Below are positions 1 through 10,533 of a stretch of 49,474 bases of DNA, one piece after another. The notes beneath the pieces are model-generated. The model did not search any database and was not told where the DNA came from. It worked only from the letters and a program-made list of their open reading frames with translations. Within the stretch, counting starts at the first letter, position 1. Each line of letters starts with the position of its first letter. Location of the stretch: contig JBDTEK010000137.1 of NCBI GenBank assembly GCA_039922575.1, forward strand, positions 1 to 49,474. Direction: 5' to 3'. The position numbers and the translations under genes were made by a program. The DNA is from Ginsengibacter sp. (lineage in GTDB: Bacteria > Bacteroidota > Bacteroidia > Chitinophagales > Chitinophagaceae).

Positions 1-211
1 TGCCTCCGACAAAAAATAAATTCCAGGCTTCTTTCTTCCAGTCGTAATTGAAAAACGGGATTTTTACCGGTGTACATACTGCGCATATATGGCGAAGGGA
101 CGATGACACTCCCAATCTTTTATTTCCGAGTATTAATAACAGAGGAACTGTTAGGCCTATCATAGGGCCAGCCACGTACCAGGGCCAGGGTTGTTGAAGA
201 AATTCAATCAT
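1..211 (-). CDS. YeeE/YedE family (sulfur-compound transporter) membrane protein, 5' part; runs off the window
   Basis: Manual translation from ATG at 211: [46 protein letters not shown]...; PWPWYVAG/[10 protein letters not shown] is typical of Bacteroidota YeeE/YedE. Not in ORF track. Confidence 0.8.
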   Translation of the reverse strand, partial: MIEFLQQPWPWYVAGPMIGLTVPLLLILGNKRLGVSSSLRHICAVCTPVKIPFFNYDWKKEAWNLFFVGG

Positions 212-519
212 GATATTTGTTTATTGTAGGATTACAAAGTTGAGGCTTTTCCCAAAGTGGAATTGTTTTTTTTATTGGATGCGGGAAGAGTCGGTTTGTT
301 TTTAATAAAATAAAAACGCGAAGCCAATGCAAGTGAATCCTTGCCGGATATAATTTTGACCGTTACTGACTCCAAAGGTCTGACTTAACTTACAATCCGA
401 TAGCATTTGTGGTACCGTAACTCCAACGTTACCATGCCAACAGGCATTTGCCATTTACTCATTCAATAATCTATTCTGCGTTTCCATCCGCACATTTCCG
501 GCTTCAGGATTCAATTCTT

Positions 520-1689
520 TTAGCACTTCTCCAACGCCTGCATCAAATCTGCTTTTATATCTTCAATATCTTCCAATCCTACGGAGATCCTTATCAACCC
601 AGGTGTGATCCCGACAGATTGCTGTTCTTCGGCAGTAAGCTTGGCATGAGTGGTGGATGCCGGATGTGAAGCAATACTGCGCGTATCGCCCAGGTTGGAT
701 GTCAACTGCAGCATCTCCAATGCATCCAGAAACTTAATACCACTTTCCAATCCGCCTTTCAGGTCAAATGTTACCAGCCCACCGCCTCTCTTCATTTGCT
801 TTTTCGCAATCTTGTACATAGGATGTGAGGGATGAAAAGGATATTTGATGCTATTTAATTTGGGATGGCCGTCAAGCGCTTTCACCAATGCCTCTGCATT
901 ATCACAATGCCTTTGAATGCGCACGTCAAGGGTTTCGAGGCTCTTGCTAATTACCCATGCGTTGAAAGGAGATAATGCAGGACCCGTGTTCCTGCAAAAT
1001 AAATACAGCTCGTGAATAAGGTCTTTTCTTCCTACTACTATTCCACCCACTGTGCGTCCCTGTCCATCGAGCCATTTGGTGGTAGAATGCAAAATCAGGT
1101 CAGCGCCATATTCTGCAGGTTTTTGTAAAATAGGTGTGGCAAAACAATTATCAACCAATAAGATGAGGTTATGTTTCTTTGCCAGTTTTCCCAGCCATTC
1201 CATGTCAATAATATCCAACCCGGGATTGGTGGGTGTTTCCACAAATATCATTTTGGTGTTGGGTTTTATTAAAGCTTCCCAGGAATCCGTATCGTTTAAA
1301 TCGCCATAAGAATACTCAATGTTCCATCTTTTGAAATACTTGGTGATAATAGTGTGAGTGGAGCCGAATATAGAACGGCAGCTCAACAGATGATCGCCTG
1401 CGCTCAAAAAGGTCATGAAGCAGCCAAAGATGGCACTCATGCCGGACGCAGTAGCAAAGCCTGCTTCCGCGCCTTCAAGTGCGCACATCTTATCTATTAC
1501 TTCCTGAACATTAGGATTTTCAAATCGAGAATAAATAAAATTAACTTCCTCTCCTGCAAAAGTGGCGCGCATTTCTTCTGCGTCATTAAAACAAAAACTG
1601 GAAGTAAGAAATAATGGGGAACTGTGTTCCATCTGATTACTACGAGGTGTTTGAATACGAATCGCCTGCGTATTCGGACGTTGATTCAT
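520..1689 (-). CDS. metZ: O-succinylhomoserine sulfhydrylase (Cys/Met metabolism PLP enzyme)
   Basis: 389 aa; YSRFENP, ASGMSAI, ETPTNP, DNCFATP, HSTTKWLDGQGR (PLP Lys), NLGDTRS, RISVGLE motifs; GQGR is MetZ-like. Confidence 0.8.
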   Translation of the reverse strand: MNQRPNTQAIRIQTPRSNQMEHSSPLFLTSSFCFNDAEEMRATFAGEEVNFIYSRFENPNVQEVIDKMCALEGAEAGFATASGMSAIFGCFMTFLSAGDHLLSCRSIFGSTHTIITKYFKRWNIEYSYGDLNDTDSWEALIKPNTKMIFVETPTNPGLDIIDMEWLGKLAKKHNLILLVDNCFATPILQKPAEYGADLILHSTTKWLDGQGRTVGGIVVGRKDLIHELYLFCRNTGPALSPFNAWVISKSLETLDVRIQRHCDNAEALVKALDGHPKLNSIKYPFHPSHPMYKIAKKQMKRGGGLVTFDLKGGLESGIKFLDALEMLQLTSNLGDTRSIASHPASTTHAKLTAEEQQSVGITPGLIRISVGLEDIEDIKADLMQALEKC

Positions 1690-1771
1690 TTTTATAAAAT
1701 ATTTAAAAATTACTTCTGAACCCGTGTAGATTTACAATTAAATTAGCAGGCACAAAAAATTAAATTGGGTG

Positions 1772-1779
1772 CAAATATA
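1772..1779 (-). promoter_or_regulatory. Bacteroidota -7 promoter box (TATATTTG) upstream of metZ
   Basis: Exact TAnnTTTG match about 80 bp upstream of the start. Confidence 0.55.
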
Positions 1780-1977
1780 AGAATAAGTGACAACTACTCC
1801 ATATCGCAGACTACCTGAACCATTATATGAGACAATCGTACTGGTCGTCGAAGAAAGTGCGCCGGCCTGATAAAATTATTCACTGTTTGACCCTTTCAAA
1901 GTATAATTAAGGATCATAATCATTAAAAAAATATCATTCTCCGCTATACTTAAAATTTTTAAAAATGATTCCTTTTC

Positions 1978-2652
1978 TTAATCAACCTCAAGTTCACCAA
2001 CAGTAGCCATACCCGTATCTTTTCTTTTTCCAAAAATGATTTTATACATAACAGGAAGTACAGTAATTAAAATGATAATTAAAGCGATGGCTTCAATATG
2101 ATCCTTCAAACTAAATCCATATTTTTCCAAAACCCATCCTTGCAGAAAATGCCCGCCAAGCATCATGGAGCTAACCCAGGCAATGCTTCCAACAATATTA
2201 TAAAAATTGAATGTGGCTGGTTTCATTTTTACAATTCCCGCAATAATAGGTGCAAATGTGCGGATCAATGGCAAAAACTTCGCAAGAAAAATAGTTCCTT
2301 TACCATACTGATCATAAAATTCTTTCGCCCTCAGCAAATGTTTTTTCCGGAAGAGAAATGTATCTTTCTTTTCAAACAGATGTGGCCCGGCTTTCTTGCC
2401 AAACCAATACCCAACCATGTTACCAAGTATTGAGGCCACAATAACCATCAGAATGATAATACTGTAATGCACGTTGAAAAAATCATTTGCCAGTTCATTG
2501 GTATATAATCCTGCGGCAAATAATAGACTATCACCAGGAAGAAAAAAACCGATAAATAAACCGGTTTCTGCAAAAACTACGGCCAGTAATACGTAAAAGC
2601 CGCCGTTATAAATAATCCATTCAATAAATTGTTGTATCAGTCCTTTGTCCAT
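1978..2652 (-). CDS. dedA: DedA/VTT family membrane protein
   Basis: VFAETGLFIGFFLPGDSLLFAAG and KFLPLIRTFAPIIAG motifs. Confidence 0.92.
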   Translation of the reverse strand: MDKGLIQQFIEWIIYNGGFYVLLAVVFAETGLFIGFFLPGDSLLFAAGLYTNELANDFFNVHYSIIILMVIVASILGNMVGYWFGKKAGPHLFEKKDTFLFRKKHLLRAKEFYDQYGKGTIFLAKFLPLIRTFAPIIAGIVKMKPATFNFYNIVGSIAWVSSMMLGGHFLQGWVLEKYGFSLKDHIEAIALIIILITVLPVMYKIIFGKRKDTGMATVGELEVD

Positions 2653-2829
2653 TATATTTTTATTAGGGCAGGGGAAATATTATTTTGCGCAATATAGTGT
2701 TAAAGGGCTTTAAAATTTTGGTATTCTGCTTCTTATAAATATTCTTTAACTTATTTGCTTTTCTTAACATTATTAGAAACTAACTACAGGAAGAAAAACG
2801 AAGTATTTTAATATTAATCTGCGACGAGG

Positions 2830-3057
2830 TATAGCTATTTCATTCTCCAATTCAAATTATTTTACCAACTCTTCAATCTCCCAATCCTGCAGGGATGAGC
2901 GATTTTGTAACTACCGATTTCAATCGGTAGCCGATTTGCTATGAAATATAACCATTTCCTACTCTCAATTCAAATTTGTTTTACCGACTCTTCAATCTCC
3001 CTAATCCCTTTAGGATGACCGATTTTGTAACTACCGGTTTCAATCAGTAGCCGATTT
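2830..3057. repeat. Two tandem ~120-bp units, each with REP-like hairpins
   Basis: Copies at ~2830-2937 and ~2947-3057; hairpin CTACCGATT-TC-AATCGGTAG at 2911-2930 and degenerate copy at 3031-3050; ATCC-N5-GGAT mini-hairpin in each. Confidence 0.85.
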
Positions 3058-3661
3058 AATAATAAGGCCTTATCATCAAATAAACTACCACCCCGCTCAC
3101 TGCAACATAAAACCAGATTGGCCAGGTAATTCTTGCCAGTCTTTTGTGCTTCTCATAATTGCCCGACAAAGCTCTGTATGCGGTGAACAAAATAAAAGGC
3201 AAAATAATTCCGGCCAAAGGGATATGGGTTATCAAAATAAAATAATACACATAACGGGCAGAGCCGGCAAGTGTTTTCTCATCTAAACTTAGTATTCCAT
3301 CATGATTAATATCACCAAACTTTGTATCGCCGGTGAATAAATGATGGCATACATAAGAAATTAAAAAAAGTACTGAAAGCGATATTGCCGCTAGCATTAT
3401 TCTTTTATGTAAATAATATCTTTTTTCCTTTACCGAAAGTAACCCGGCCAATAACAACAACGCTACGATCGAATTTATAACTGCATTGGCCGTGGCAAAA
3501 ATATGCGGATCAAAACCGGTATTTATATTCAGCTTTACCCTTGAAAGAAATGCGATTCCTATAAATACAAGGATTGAAATAATCCAGATAAATATTTTGG
3601 CACTCTTATCATCATTCTTTAAGACCGGTTCAGGAAAATCCTTTTTTGAAAGTAAGCTCAT
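3056..3661 (-). CDS. DUF420 membrane protein (cytochrome oxidase-associated)
   Basis: NAVINS, HKRIM, LFLISYV, YYFILITHIPLA, HKRLARITWPIWFYVAVSGVVVY motifs; located at end of cox cluster. Confidence 0.9.
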   Translation of the reverse strand: MSLLSKKDFPEPVLKNDDKSAKIFIWIISILVFIGIAFLSRVKLNINTGFDPHIFATANAVINSIVALLLLAGLLSVKEKRYYLHKRIMLAAISLSVLFLISYVCHHLFTGDTKFGDINHDGILSLDEKTLAGSARYVYYFILITHIPLAGIILPFILFTAYRALSGNYEKHKRLARITWPIWFYVAVSGVVVYLMIRPYY

Positions 3662-3678
3662 AAAATTATTAATAGTGG

Positions 3679-4392
3679 TCAGGCATTTTTTAAAAGGTCT
3701 TTCAAAAATTCCCCAAAGGTTCTTTTACTGTCTTTTTCCAACATTAATAAAGGTATGTCCCTCACTAATCTCTTTTGTGCAACTGAGTCAAGGCCACTGT
3801 ACCACCCTCTTACAACTCTTTGTTTATCCAGCAGGAAAAAATTTTCCGTATGAATAAAGGCGGTGTCCACATTTACATCCGCTACGCTGGCCTTCATTTC
3901 ATGAAGGGCGAAATCATATATACTATCACGGTTGCCAGTAAGAAGCCACCAGCTATCCGGATTTACATTAAATTTCTCCGCCCATTTCCTCAACTGAGGT
4001 ACTGAATCGTGATTAGGATCTACTGATATGGAAACAAACTGAACAATAGAATCATTATTGGGAAATGAGTTTTGCAACTTCTTCATCGCTATTGCCAATT
4101 TTGGGCAAATGGTGGGGCATCTTGTAAAAAAGAAATCGAGTACAATAATCTTTCCCTTAAGGTCATTAAGAGAGACATTTTGTCCAAGCTGGTTGGTAAA
4201 GTGCATACCGTTTACGTTATGCCAGGTAGTATCAAATGTAGTTTTTCCATTCTTTTCAGTAATGAAGGTGCTGTCATAAAAATAGCGGGGCGGCATTTTT
4301 ACATCGCGGTTGCTATAATAGCTGACTAATAAATAACCTAACACTGGCAATAAAATCGCCAATGATAAAGCGAGAAACGCTCCTTTTTTCAT
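3679..4392 (-). CDS. SCO1/SenC family copper chaperone
   Basis: FFFTRCPTICP (CxxxC), ISVDP, distal His in FIHTENFFLLD. Confidence 0.92.
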   Translation of the reverse strand: MKKGAFLALSLAILLPVLGYLLVSYYSNRDVKMPPRYFYDSTFITEKNGKTTFDTTWHNVNGMHFTNQLGQNVSLNDLKGKIIVLDFFFTRCPTICPKLAIAMKKLQNSFPNNDSIVQFVSISVDPNHDSVPQLRKWAEKFNVNPDSWWLLTGNRDSIYDFALHEMKASVADVNVDTAFIHTENFFLLDKQRVVRGWYSGLDSVAQKRLVRDIPLLMLEKDSKRTFGEFLKDLLKNA

Positions 4393-4412
4393 GTCTTGTT
4401 TTTGTTAAATGC

Positions 4413-4445
4413 AAAATTAGCCATTGCTCATGGCAACAGCTAATT
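4413..4445 (-). terminator. Hairpin terminator after oxidase subunit IV, overlapping a TAATTTTG -7 box (4412-4419) for the SCO gene
   Basis: Minus strand AATTAGCTGTTGC-CATGA-GCAATGGCTAATT-TTG, 13-bp stem with two G-U pairs. Confidence 0.55.
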
Positions 4446-4513
4446 CTAAAACGTTAATGAATGTGAATGTTTAGATTGATTACTGAAATCGAAATAAAAA
4501 ATCAAGAAAAGTT

Positions 4514-4966
4514 CTAATCCAGTTTTTTATCACTCTTTTCAGCAGGTACCACAGGTGGCACGTAGTGATGATGTACTTTTTGTTCTATATAAATTCTGCT
4601 TCCTGCGTCTGTATTTCTTAAGTTTCTAAAACTATTACCGTCCGCAAGAAATGCAATAATAAACCATATAAACAATGTAGCCGGAATGGCTAAAGAAAGC
4701 ATCATAGATCTTATTTCATCACCTAAATGCATAAAGATGGAAATGATATAAAAAGCTTTGGCTACTGTAAAAATAGTGATAACTCCTTTTATAAATAAGA
4801 TCAACCATGGGCTTGGATCGCCTTTATCTAACTGATAAATTACCAAACCAAGGCCAAGCTCTAAAACCGTTAATATCAATAATATCCAAAATGCTTTCCA
4901 GATCCTTTTAACGTGTGCCTCATCAGATACGTGTGTAAGAACCTGCGCTGTTGTTTGTTCAGGCAT
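4514..4966 (-). CDS. Cytochrome c oxidase subunit IV family protein
   Basis: IWKAFWILLILTVLE, KAFYIISIFMHLGDE motifs; cluster position. Confidence 0.88.
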   Translation of the reverse strand: MPEQTTAQVLTHVSDEAHVKRIWKAFWILLILTVLELGLGLVIYQLDKGDPSPWLILFIKGVITIFTVAKAFYIISIFMHLGDEIRSMMLSLAIPATLFIWFIIAFLADGNSFRNLRNTDAGSRIYIEQKVHHHYVPPVVPAEKSDKKLD

Positions 4967-5018
4967 AAATTGTTTCTTTAAATTCTTTTTAAATAATCAG
5001 GTTATAGTTTTATTAAAA

Positions 5019-5753
5019 TTAAATAAGATAAAAGCAAAGGAATACAAAAACCCACACTAAATCTACAAAATGCCAATAAAGCCCTGCTTTTTCAATCATT
5101 TCATAATGGCCGCGCATTTGAAAATCACCTCTCTTTGTTTTTATAAACATGATGATATTAATAATGACCCCGCAAGTAACATGGAAACCATGAAAACCGG
5201 TGATTCCGAAAAAATATCCTCCAAATGCAACAGGCCCGGGAGTTGCTACCATTGCTCCATTAAACATTACGTGAGGCCCCCATGGATTATGCGACATGGT
5301 AGTTCCCCAGTTCTCCAAAACGCCATCCACCAAAACAGGGTGTGTGTGTGTTATAAGATGCGTCCATTCTATTGACTGGCAACCAAGAAAGGCTAATCCA
5401 CCAAGTATGGTTAAAAACAACCACTTTTCAACACCTTTCTGATTCATTTTATGGCCTTCATGCACAGCTAACACCATAGTTACAGAACTGAAAATCAAAA
5501 TAAAAGTCATCAGGCTTACAAATGCCAACGGAAGGTTTGCTTCGAAGCCTGGAAATGAATTGAAAACAGCATTATGATCTACCCAATAATTCTGACTGAA
5601 ACGGATAGAACCGTAGGATATTAAAAATGCACCAAAGGTGAAGGAATCGCTCAACAGAAAGTACCACATCATAAGCTTGCCATAGCTTACGTTGAAAGGG
5701 CTTTTACCTCCCGTCCATAATTTAGTTTTGGCTTGTGCCACCGCTGTTTCCAT
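5019..5753 (-). CDS. ctaE: Cytochrome c oxidase subunit III (second paralog)
   Basis: GKLMMWYFLLSD, TGFHGFHV, GLYWHFVDLVWVFVF. Confidence 0.92.
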   Translation of the reverse strand: METAVAQAKTKLWTGGKSPFNVSYGKLMMWYFLLSDSFTFGAFLISYGSIRFSQNYWVDHNAVFNSFPGFEANLPLAFVSLMTFILIFSSVTMVLAVHEGHKMNQKGVEKWLFLTILGGLAFLGCQSIEWTHLITHTHPVLVDGVLENWGTTMSHNPWGPHVMFNGAMVATPGPVAFGGYFFGITGFHGFHVTCGVIINIIMFIKTKRGDFQMRGHYEMIEKAGLYWHFVDLVWVFVFLCFYLI

Positions 5754-5829
5754 TATTATTCTTTAAAAGGTTTATTACAAAAATAAAATTAATTGTTAAT
5801 TGTTGAGCATTTATTATAAAGTTTCTTAA

Positions 5830-6396
5830 TTATCCAATCATTACTAAAAACATCAATAAATATATCCACAGGAGATCTACAAAATGCCAGTAGGTATTAA
5901 TTAAATCAATAGGAACTGACGTATAAACTTTTTTTCGTGAACTGTATGATCTAAAATAAATAAAAATAAGCGCTATTACTCCGCCCAAAACATGGAGCGC
6001 GTGCAAACCCACAATGATATATAAAAAAGAAAACGAAACGTTTCTCGTCAGCGTGATTCCTCTGCTCCACAACTGGGTAAATCCCGTTAATTGCATGATT
6101 ACGAAAACCACTCCTAAAACCACAGTAACACCCAAATACTTTTTATATTGTTTCATTTCCCTGTTAAGAAAAGCTTTTCGGCTAAGCATCATCGTTATAC
6201 TACTTAAAATAATCACCGAAGTAGAATACCAAAAGATTACAGGCACATTAAAAGAAAGCCAATTTGCCTGGTTACTTTTTACAATAAAAGCGCTGCTTAA
6301 GCCTGCAAACATCATCACAATACTTACGCACGTCATCCACATAACAAACTTCAGCGGATGTATTCTCTTTTTTTCTTGATTTATCATCGCAATCAT
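5830..6396 (-). CDS. ctaE: Cytochrome c oxidase subunit III (first paralog)
   Basis: MMFAGLSSA, GLHALHVLGG, YWHFVDLLWIYL. Confidence 0.9.
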   Translation of the reverse strand: MIAMINQEKKRIHPLKFVMWMTCVSIVMMFAGLSSAFIVKSNQANWLSFNVPVIFWYSTSVIILSSITMMLSRKAFLNREMKQYKKYLGVTVVLGVVFVIMQLTGFTQLWSRGITLTRNVSFSFLYIIVGLHALHVLGGVIALIFIYFRSYSSRKKVYTSVPIDLINTYWHFVDLLWIYLLMFLVMIG

Positions 6397-6454
6397 AAAT
6401 AGTCTTTTCCGTTTAATTAAAATTCCTTTTCAATAATATTTAAAAATTTCAGGA

Positions 6455-7414
6455 TTATATTTTATCGAATAATAGTACCAGAAAAACGATCATCAAATAA
6501 AAATAAGAACTGAACATTACCCTTCTCGCCGCCGCGGCATTCATTTCTACCAACAGCAAAATACTTACATAAACCATCCAAAGATTACACGCCAGTAAAA
6601 CCCAAAATGAAAACATTCCACTTATACCAAAATAAAAAGGAAGCATCCCAACAGGCACCATTATCATGGAATAAATAACTGCCTGGAATGCGGAAAATTT
6701 ACTGGGGCCTTCCTTACTCGGCAATAATTTAAAACCGGCTTTTTCATAATCTTTATGTGCCAGCCAGGCAATAGCCCAAAAATGAGGAAACTGCCAGATG
6801 AATTGTATGGCGAATAAAACATAGCCTCCCATATTGGAAAAAGTGGCTACTTCGCCGCTTGCTAAAGTGCCTTGAAAATGAGCCAACGGATTGATAAAAC
6901 CGGTTCCTGCTATCCAGCCGATCAAACAGGGCAAAGCGCCTGGGAAAGCACCTACAATTACCGAGATGGAATTTACCTTTTTGAGTGGAGTATAAATAAA
7001 AGAGTATAAAAATAAACTGAATAATGCTACTACTGCACTCGCCGCATTGAACCATTGCCACATAATAATAAGGCCAACGGCGCCTGTAATAATAGCAAAT
7101 GTCCAACCTTCCTTTACGCTCATTCTTCCGGATGCAACCGGCCTGTTAGCGGTCCGTTTCATTAATGCATCTGTATCTTTCTCTACTGTTTGATTGATAG
7201 CATTTGCAGACCCCGTAATAAGCATTCCTGCAATAAATAATAAAGTAATTGAAGCAAAATTAAATTTAATATTAGGAGCCAGAAGATAACAGACTACGCA
7301 ACTAAATACGACCATGAAACTCAAAGTAAATTTGATCAATATAAAGTAGTCCTTCACCTTACTCGCAAGTGCGAAAGAAGTTGACTGATGCGGTACCATT
7401 ACTGCTTTATCCAT
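6455..7414 (-). CDS. cyoE: Protoheme IX farnesyltransferase (heme O synthase)
   Basis: NQTVEKDTDALMKRTANRP, YTPLKK, GAFPGALP, WQFPHFWAIAW. Confidence 0.95.
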   Translation of the reverse strand: MDKAVMVPHQSTSFALASKVKDYFILIKFTLSFMVVFSCVVCYLLAPNIKFNFASITLLFIAGMLITGSANAINQTVEKDTDALMKRTANRPVASGRMSVKEGWTFAIITGAVGLIIMWQWFNAASAVVALFSLFLYSFIYTPLKKVNSISVIVGAFPGALPCLIGWIAGTGFINPLAHFQGTLASGEVATFSNMGGYVLFAIQFIWQFPHFWAIAWLAHKDYEKAGFKLLPSKEGPSKFSAFQAVIYSMIMVPVGMLPFYFGISGMFSFWVLLACNLWMVYVSILLLVEMNAAAARRVMFSSYFYLMIVFLVLLFDKI

Positions 7415-7433
7415 TAATTAAAAACTGTTTTAC

Positions 7434-7457
7434 AAAAAGCCCTGAACAAACAGGGCT
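7434..7457 (-). terminator. Intrinsic terminator downstream of oxidase subunit I
   Basis: Minus strand AGCCCTG-TTTGTT-CAGGGCT-TTTT. Confidence 0.65.
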
Positions 7458-7504
7458 ATTAATTCAAAAATAATATACTTTAAATCAAACCCTTTACAAT
7501 TGTC

Positions 7505-9322
7505 CTATTCATGTTTAATTTCATCTGCACCTATAGGTTCATTTTGAGGTATGAAATCTCTGCCATCTTTACTGTAATCATAAGGCCACCTATACACTTC
7601 AGGAATCTCGCCTATCCAGTTTCCGTGTGGAGGGCGGGCAGGCGTAGTCCACTCAAGTGAAGCTGAATGCCATGGATTCGAAGTTTCATCAGTAAGCTTT
7701 CTTCCTTTGAAAATAGAATAAAAGAAATTGAAAATAAATAAGAATTGCGCAAAGAATACAATTATAGCCACCACGCTTATCATTTCATTAAGCCCCTGGA
7801 ACATTTTAAAAGATTCCCAATTACTAAAATCATAATAACGGCGGGGCATACCTGCCAATCCTTCATAATGCATTGGCCAGAAAATAAGGTAGGCACCTAT
7901 CATAGTAATCCAGAAGTGGATATAGCCAAGCGTATTGTTCATCATCCTTCCAAACATTTTTGGAAACCAGTGATAAACCCCCGAAAGCATACCAAACATT
8001 GACGCCACACCCATCACCAGGTGAAAATGCGCGATTACAAAATAGGTATCGTGGAGATGCATATCAATCGCTGAATTACCAAGCCAAATACCTGTGAGAC
8101 CTCCAGATATAAATAAACTCACAAATCCAATTGAGAAAAGCATGGCTGGCGTAAAGATGATGTTTCCCTTCCACAATGTAGTAAGCCAGTTGAATACTTT
8201 AATGGATGATGGGATTGCAATCAATAATGAAAATAATACAAACACAGACCCGAGGAAAGGGTTCATGCCGGTAACAAACATATGATGTGCCCAAACCAGG
8301 CATGATAAGGACGCTATCGCGAAGAACGATGCTACCATTGCCATATATCCAAATATGGGCTTTCTTGAATTGGTAGAAATTACTTCAGAAGCAATACCCA
8401 TAGCGGGTAGCGCGATAATATAAACTTCCGGATGGCCCAGAAACCAGAATAAATGTTGGAACAAAATTGGGCTACCTCCTTCATTCGGCAATATTTTCCC
8501 TTGAATTACTATATCGCTGAGAAAAAAGCTGGTTCCAAGGTTGCGATCGAAGATCAATAGAATTACAGCAGATAATAATACAGGGAAAGTTAATATACCT
8601 AATACCGCCGTAAAGAAAAACGACCAGATTGTTAGTGGCAATCTTGTCATATACATTCCTTTGGTGCGCATATTAAGGATGGTCGTCACATAATTTAATC
8701 CACCCATTAAAGTAGAAACAATAAATAACGCAATACTTATGAGCCACATATCCATTCCCGTCTTTGATCCATCCATGGCATCCCTTAAAGCGCTTAATGG
8801 CGGATATATAGTCCAGCCTCCGCTTGCAGGGCCTGTTTGAACAAATAATGAAGAAAACATTACTACAGAAGCTGCCAGGAAAAACCAATACGAAAGCATA
8901 TTTAAAAATGGCGAGGCCATATCCCGGGCTCCTATCTGTAAAGGAATTAGAAAGTTAGAAAATGTTCCGCTAAGACCGGCTGTGAGCACAAAAAACACCA
9001 GAATAGTTCCATGCATAGTAACCAGGGCATAATAAAATTCCTGATCCAGTTTTCCTCCTTTTGCCCAACGCCCTAAGATATCCTCCAGAAAAGGAAATGT
9101 TTGATCGGGATAGCCTAACTGCAAGCGGAAAAGAACGGATAATAATCCACCGGTAATTGCCCATATGATTCCTGTAATAAGAAACTGATGGGAAATCATT
9201 TTATGATCCTGGCTAAAGATATAATGGGTAATAAAAGATTGCTTGTGATGGCTATCGTGGGTTGCATGTTCAAGGTCATGCACCACCAAAGGCTGTTCAT
9301 GCAAAACTTCTTCGTTATTCAT
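7505..9322 (-). CDS. ctaD: Cytochrome c oxidase subunit I, A1 type
   Basis: TMHGT, WFLGHPEVYI, WAHHM, HFH, GMPRRY; start taken at MNNEE (ORF extends to 9343). Confidence 0.97.
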   Translation of the reverse strand: MNNEEVLHEQPLVVHDLEHATHDSHHKQSFITHYIFSQDHKMISHQFLITGIIWAITGGLLSVLFRLQLGYPDQTFPFLEDILGRWAKGGKLDQEFYYALVTMHGTILVFFVLTAGLSGTFSNFLIPLQIGARDMASPFLNMLSYWFFLAASVVMFSSLFVQTGPASGGWTIYPPLSALRDAMDGSKTGMDMWLISIALFIVSTLMGGLNYVTTILNMRTKGMYMTRLPLTIWSFFFTAVLGILTFPVLLSAVILLIFDRNLGTSFFLSDIVIQGKILPNEGGSPILFQHLFWFLGHPEVYIIALPAMGIASEVISTNSRKPIFGYMAMVASFFAIASLSCLVWAHHMFVTGMNPFLGSVFVLFSLLIAIPSSIKVFNWLTTLWKGNIIFTPAMLFSIGFVSLFISGGLTGIWLGNSAIDMHLHDTYFVIAHFHLVMGVASMFGMLSGVYHWFPKMFGRMMNNTLGYIHFWITMIGAYLIFWPMHYEGLAGMPRRYYDFSNWESFKMFQGLNEMISVVAIIVFFAQFLFIFNFFYSIFKGRKLTDETSNPWHSASLEWTTPARPPHGNWIGEIPEVYRWPYDYSKDGRDFIPQNEPIGADEIKHE

Positions 9323-9360
9323 AATGATATTTTTAAAATGCAACTAAGGCTTATTCTCTA

Positions 9361-10407
9361 TTAATTAGTATGGCCGCTTTCCATTGCTACCGTCGTTGTA
9401 GAATCGGTGGCGGGCGCTGCCATAGCTGCTTTTGCTTTTATATATTCAGGTCTTTGTTTTATCATCCACTCATTATACTCCTTCTGAGTTTCCACCACTA
9501 TTACTCCACGCATCGTAAAATGTCCTTTACCACACATCTGGTCGCAACTTATTTCATAAACAAAATCCGGATTATTCTTTTTCTTAGCCATTTCTTTAGT
9601 AGTAATATCCGGCGTAAACCAAAGAGTGGTGGGTGTACCTGGCACAGCATCCATTTTCATTCTAAATTGTGGCAGGCCCACATCGTGAATTACATCCTGC
9701 GAATTAATGACAAGCTTTACGGGCCTGTTGACCACTACATGCATGGTAGTAGGCACATGAATGTCATCATGGCTTGCAGCATCGGACCAATCAACACCTA
9801 ACGGATTTCCTTTGGCCCCATCCGTAAGCTTATAATTTTTTCTACCTAATACACCGTCTTTGCCCGGATACCTGATTTCCCATCCGAATTGATGGCCGGT
9901 TATTTCTATAACCTGGGCATTTTTAGGAGCATCCGCAGTGAATTTGAACCATCCTCTTAATCCAAAAACAACCAATATGGTAAGGGTAATTGCAGGAACA
10001 CTTGTCCATACTAATTCCAATTTATTATTATGCGGATAATAATACGCTTTACGTTTATTGCTGTGCTGGTACCGGAAAGAGAACCAAAATAAAAGTATTT
10101 GAGTAAGAAAAAATACAAATCCGGTTATGATGATGTCTGTCCACATCATTGTATCAATACTTCTTCCTTCTATTGATCCGGCTCCTTCAGGTAATGAAGA
10201 TTTTGGATAAAAAAGCTCATTACACCACCATACACCTATTAAACCAAGAATAAGAAACAAAAACATTAAAAATCCGTTGATCTTATTGCTTTGGCTTCGG
10301 GATTTTTCTTCACCTTTCAAAATGCTTACATACTCACTCGCTTTTGAAATCTGGAAAATCACCAGAAAAATAAGCACAACTATCGCTATCAAAAAAAAGT
10401 TATTCAT
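9361..10407 (-). CDS. ctaC: Cytochrome c oxidase subunit II (CuA; no fused cytochrome c)
   Basis: SQDVIH, KMDAVPG, CDQMCGKGHFTM CuA motif; no CxxCH. Confidence 0.95.
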   Translation of the reverse strand: MNNFFLIAIVVLIFLVIFQISKASEYVSILKGEEKSRSQSNKINGFLMFLFLILGLIGVWWCNELFYPKSSLPEGAGSIEGRSIDTMMWTDIIITGFVFFLTQILLFWFSFRYQHSNKRKAYYYPHNNKLELVWTSVPAITLTILVVFGLRGWFKFTADAPKNAQVIEITGHQFGWEIRYPGKDGVLGRKNYKLTDGAKGNPLGVDWSDAASHDDIHVPTTMHVVVNRPVKLVINSQDVIHDVGLPQFRMKMDAVPGTPTTLWFTPDITTKEMAKKKNNPDFVYEISCDQMCGKGHFTMRGVIVVETQKEYNEWMIKQRPEYIKAKAAMAAPATDSTTTVAMESGHTN

Positions 10408-10533
10408 GTTTCTTAATTTTTCCTCACCACTAAGGCTTTTAAAAATTTTTTATAATTCTTCTAATATTATCAACTTACGAGGGCCATGTCTGATTTCATT
10501 ATTTTCGGTTTTTGGTTTAGCAGTATCAAAGCA

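Noticed and set aside
240-519. Gene or pseudogene between yeeE and metZ
   Set aside because: Short frames with no recognisable motif.
1690-1780. SAM riboswitch upstream of metZ
   Set aside because: Leader is short and lacks recognisable SAM-I (ATCNAGAG...GCAACC...GTGC) or SAM-II (GATTT...AAATG.AGCTAAA) elements.
2830-3057. CRISPR array
   Set aside because: Only two units, the would-be spacers are homologous to each other, and there are no cas genes.
9510-9550. Non-canonical CuA motif (CDQMC rather than CxExC)
   Set aside because: That position ligates copper through the backbone carbonyl and varies in Bacteroidota oxidases; all side-chain ligands are present.
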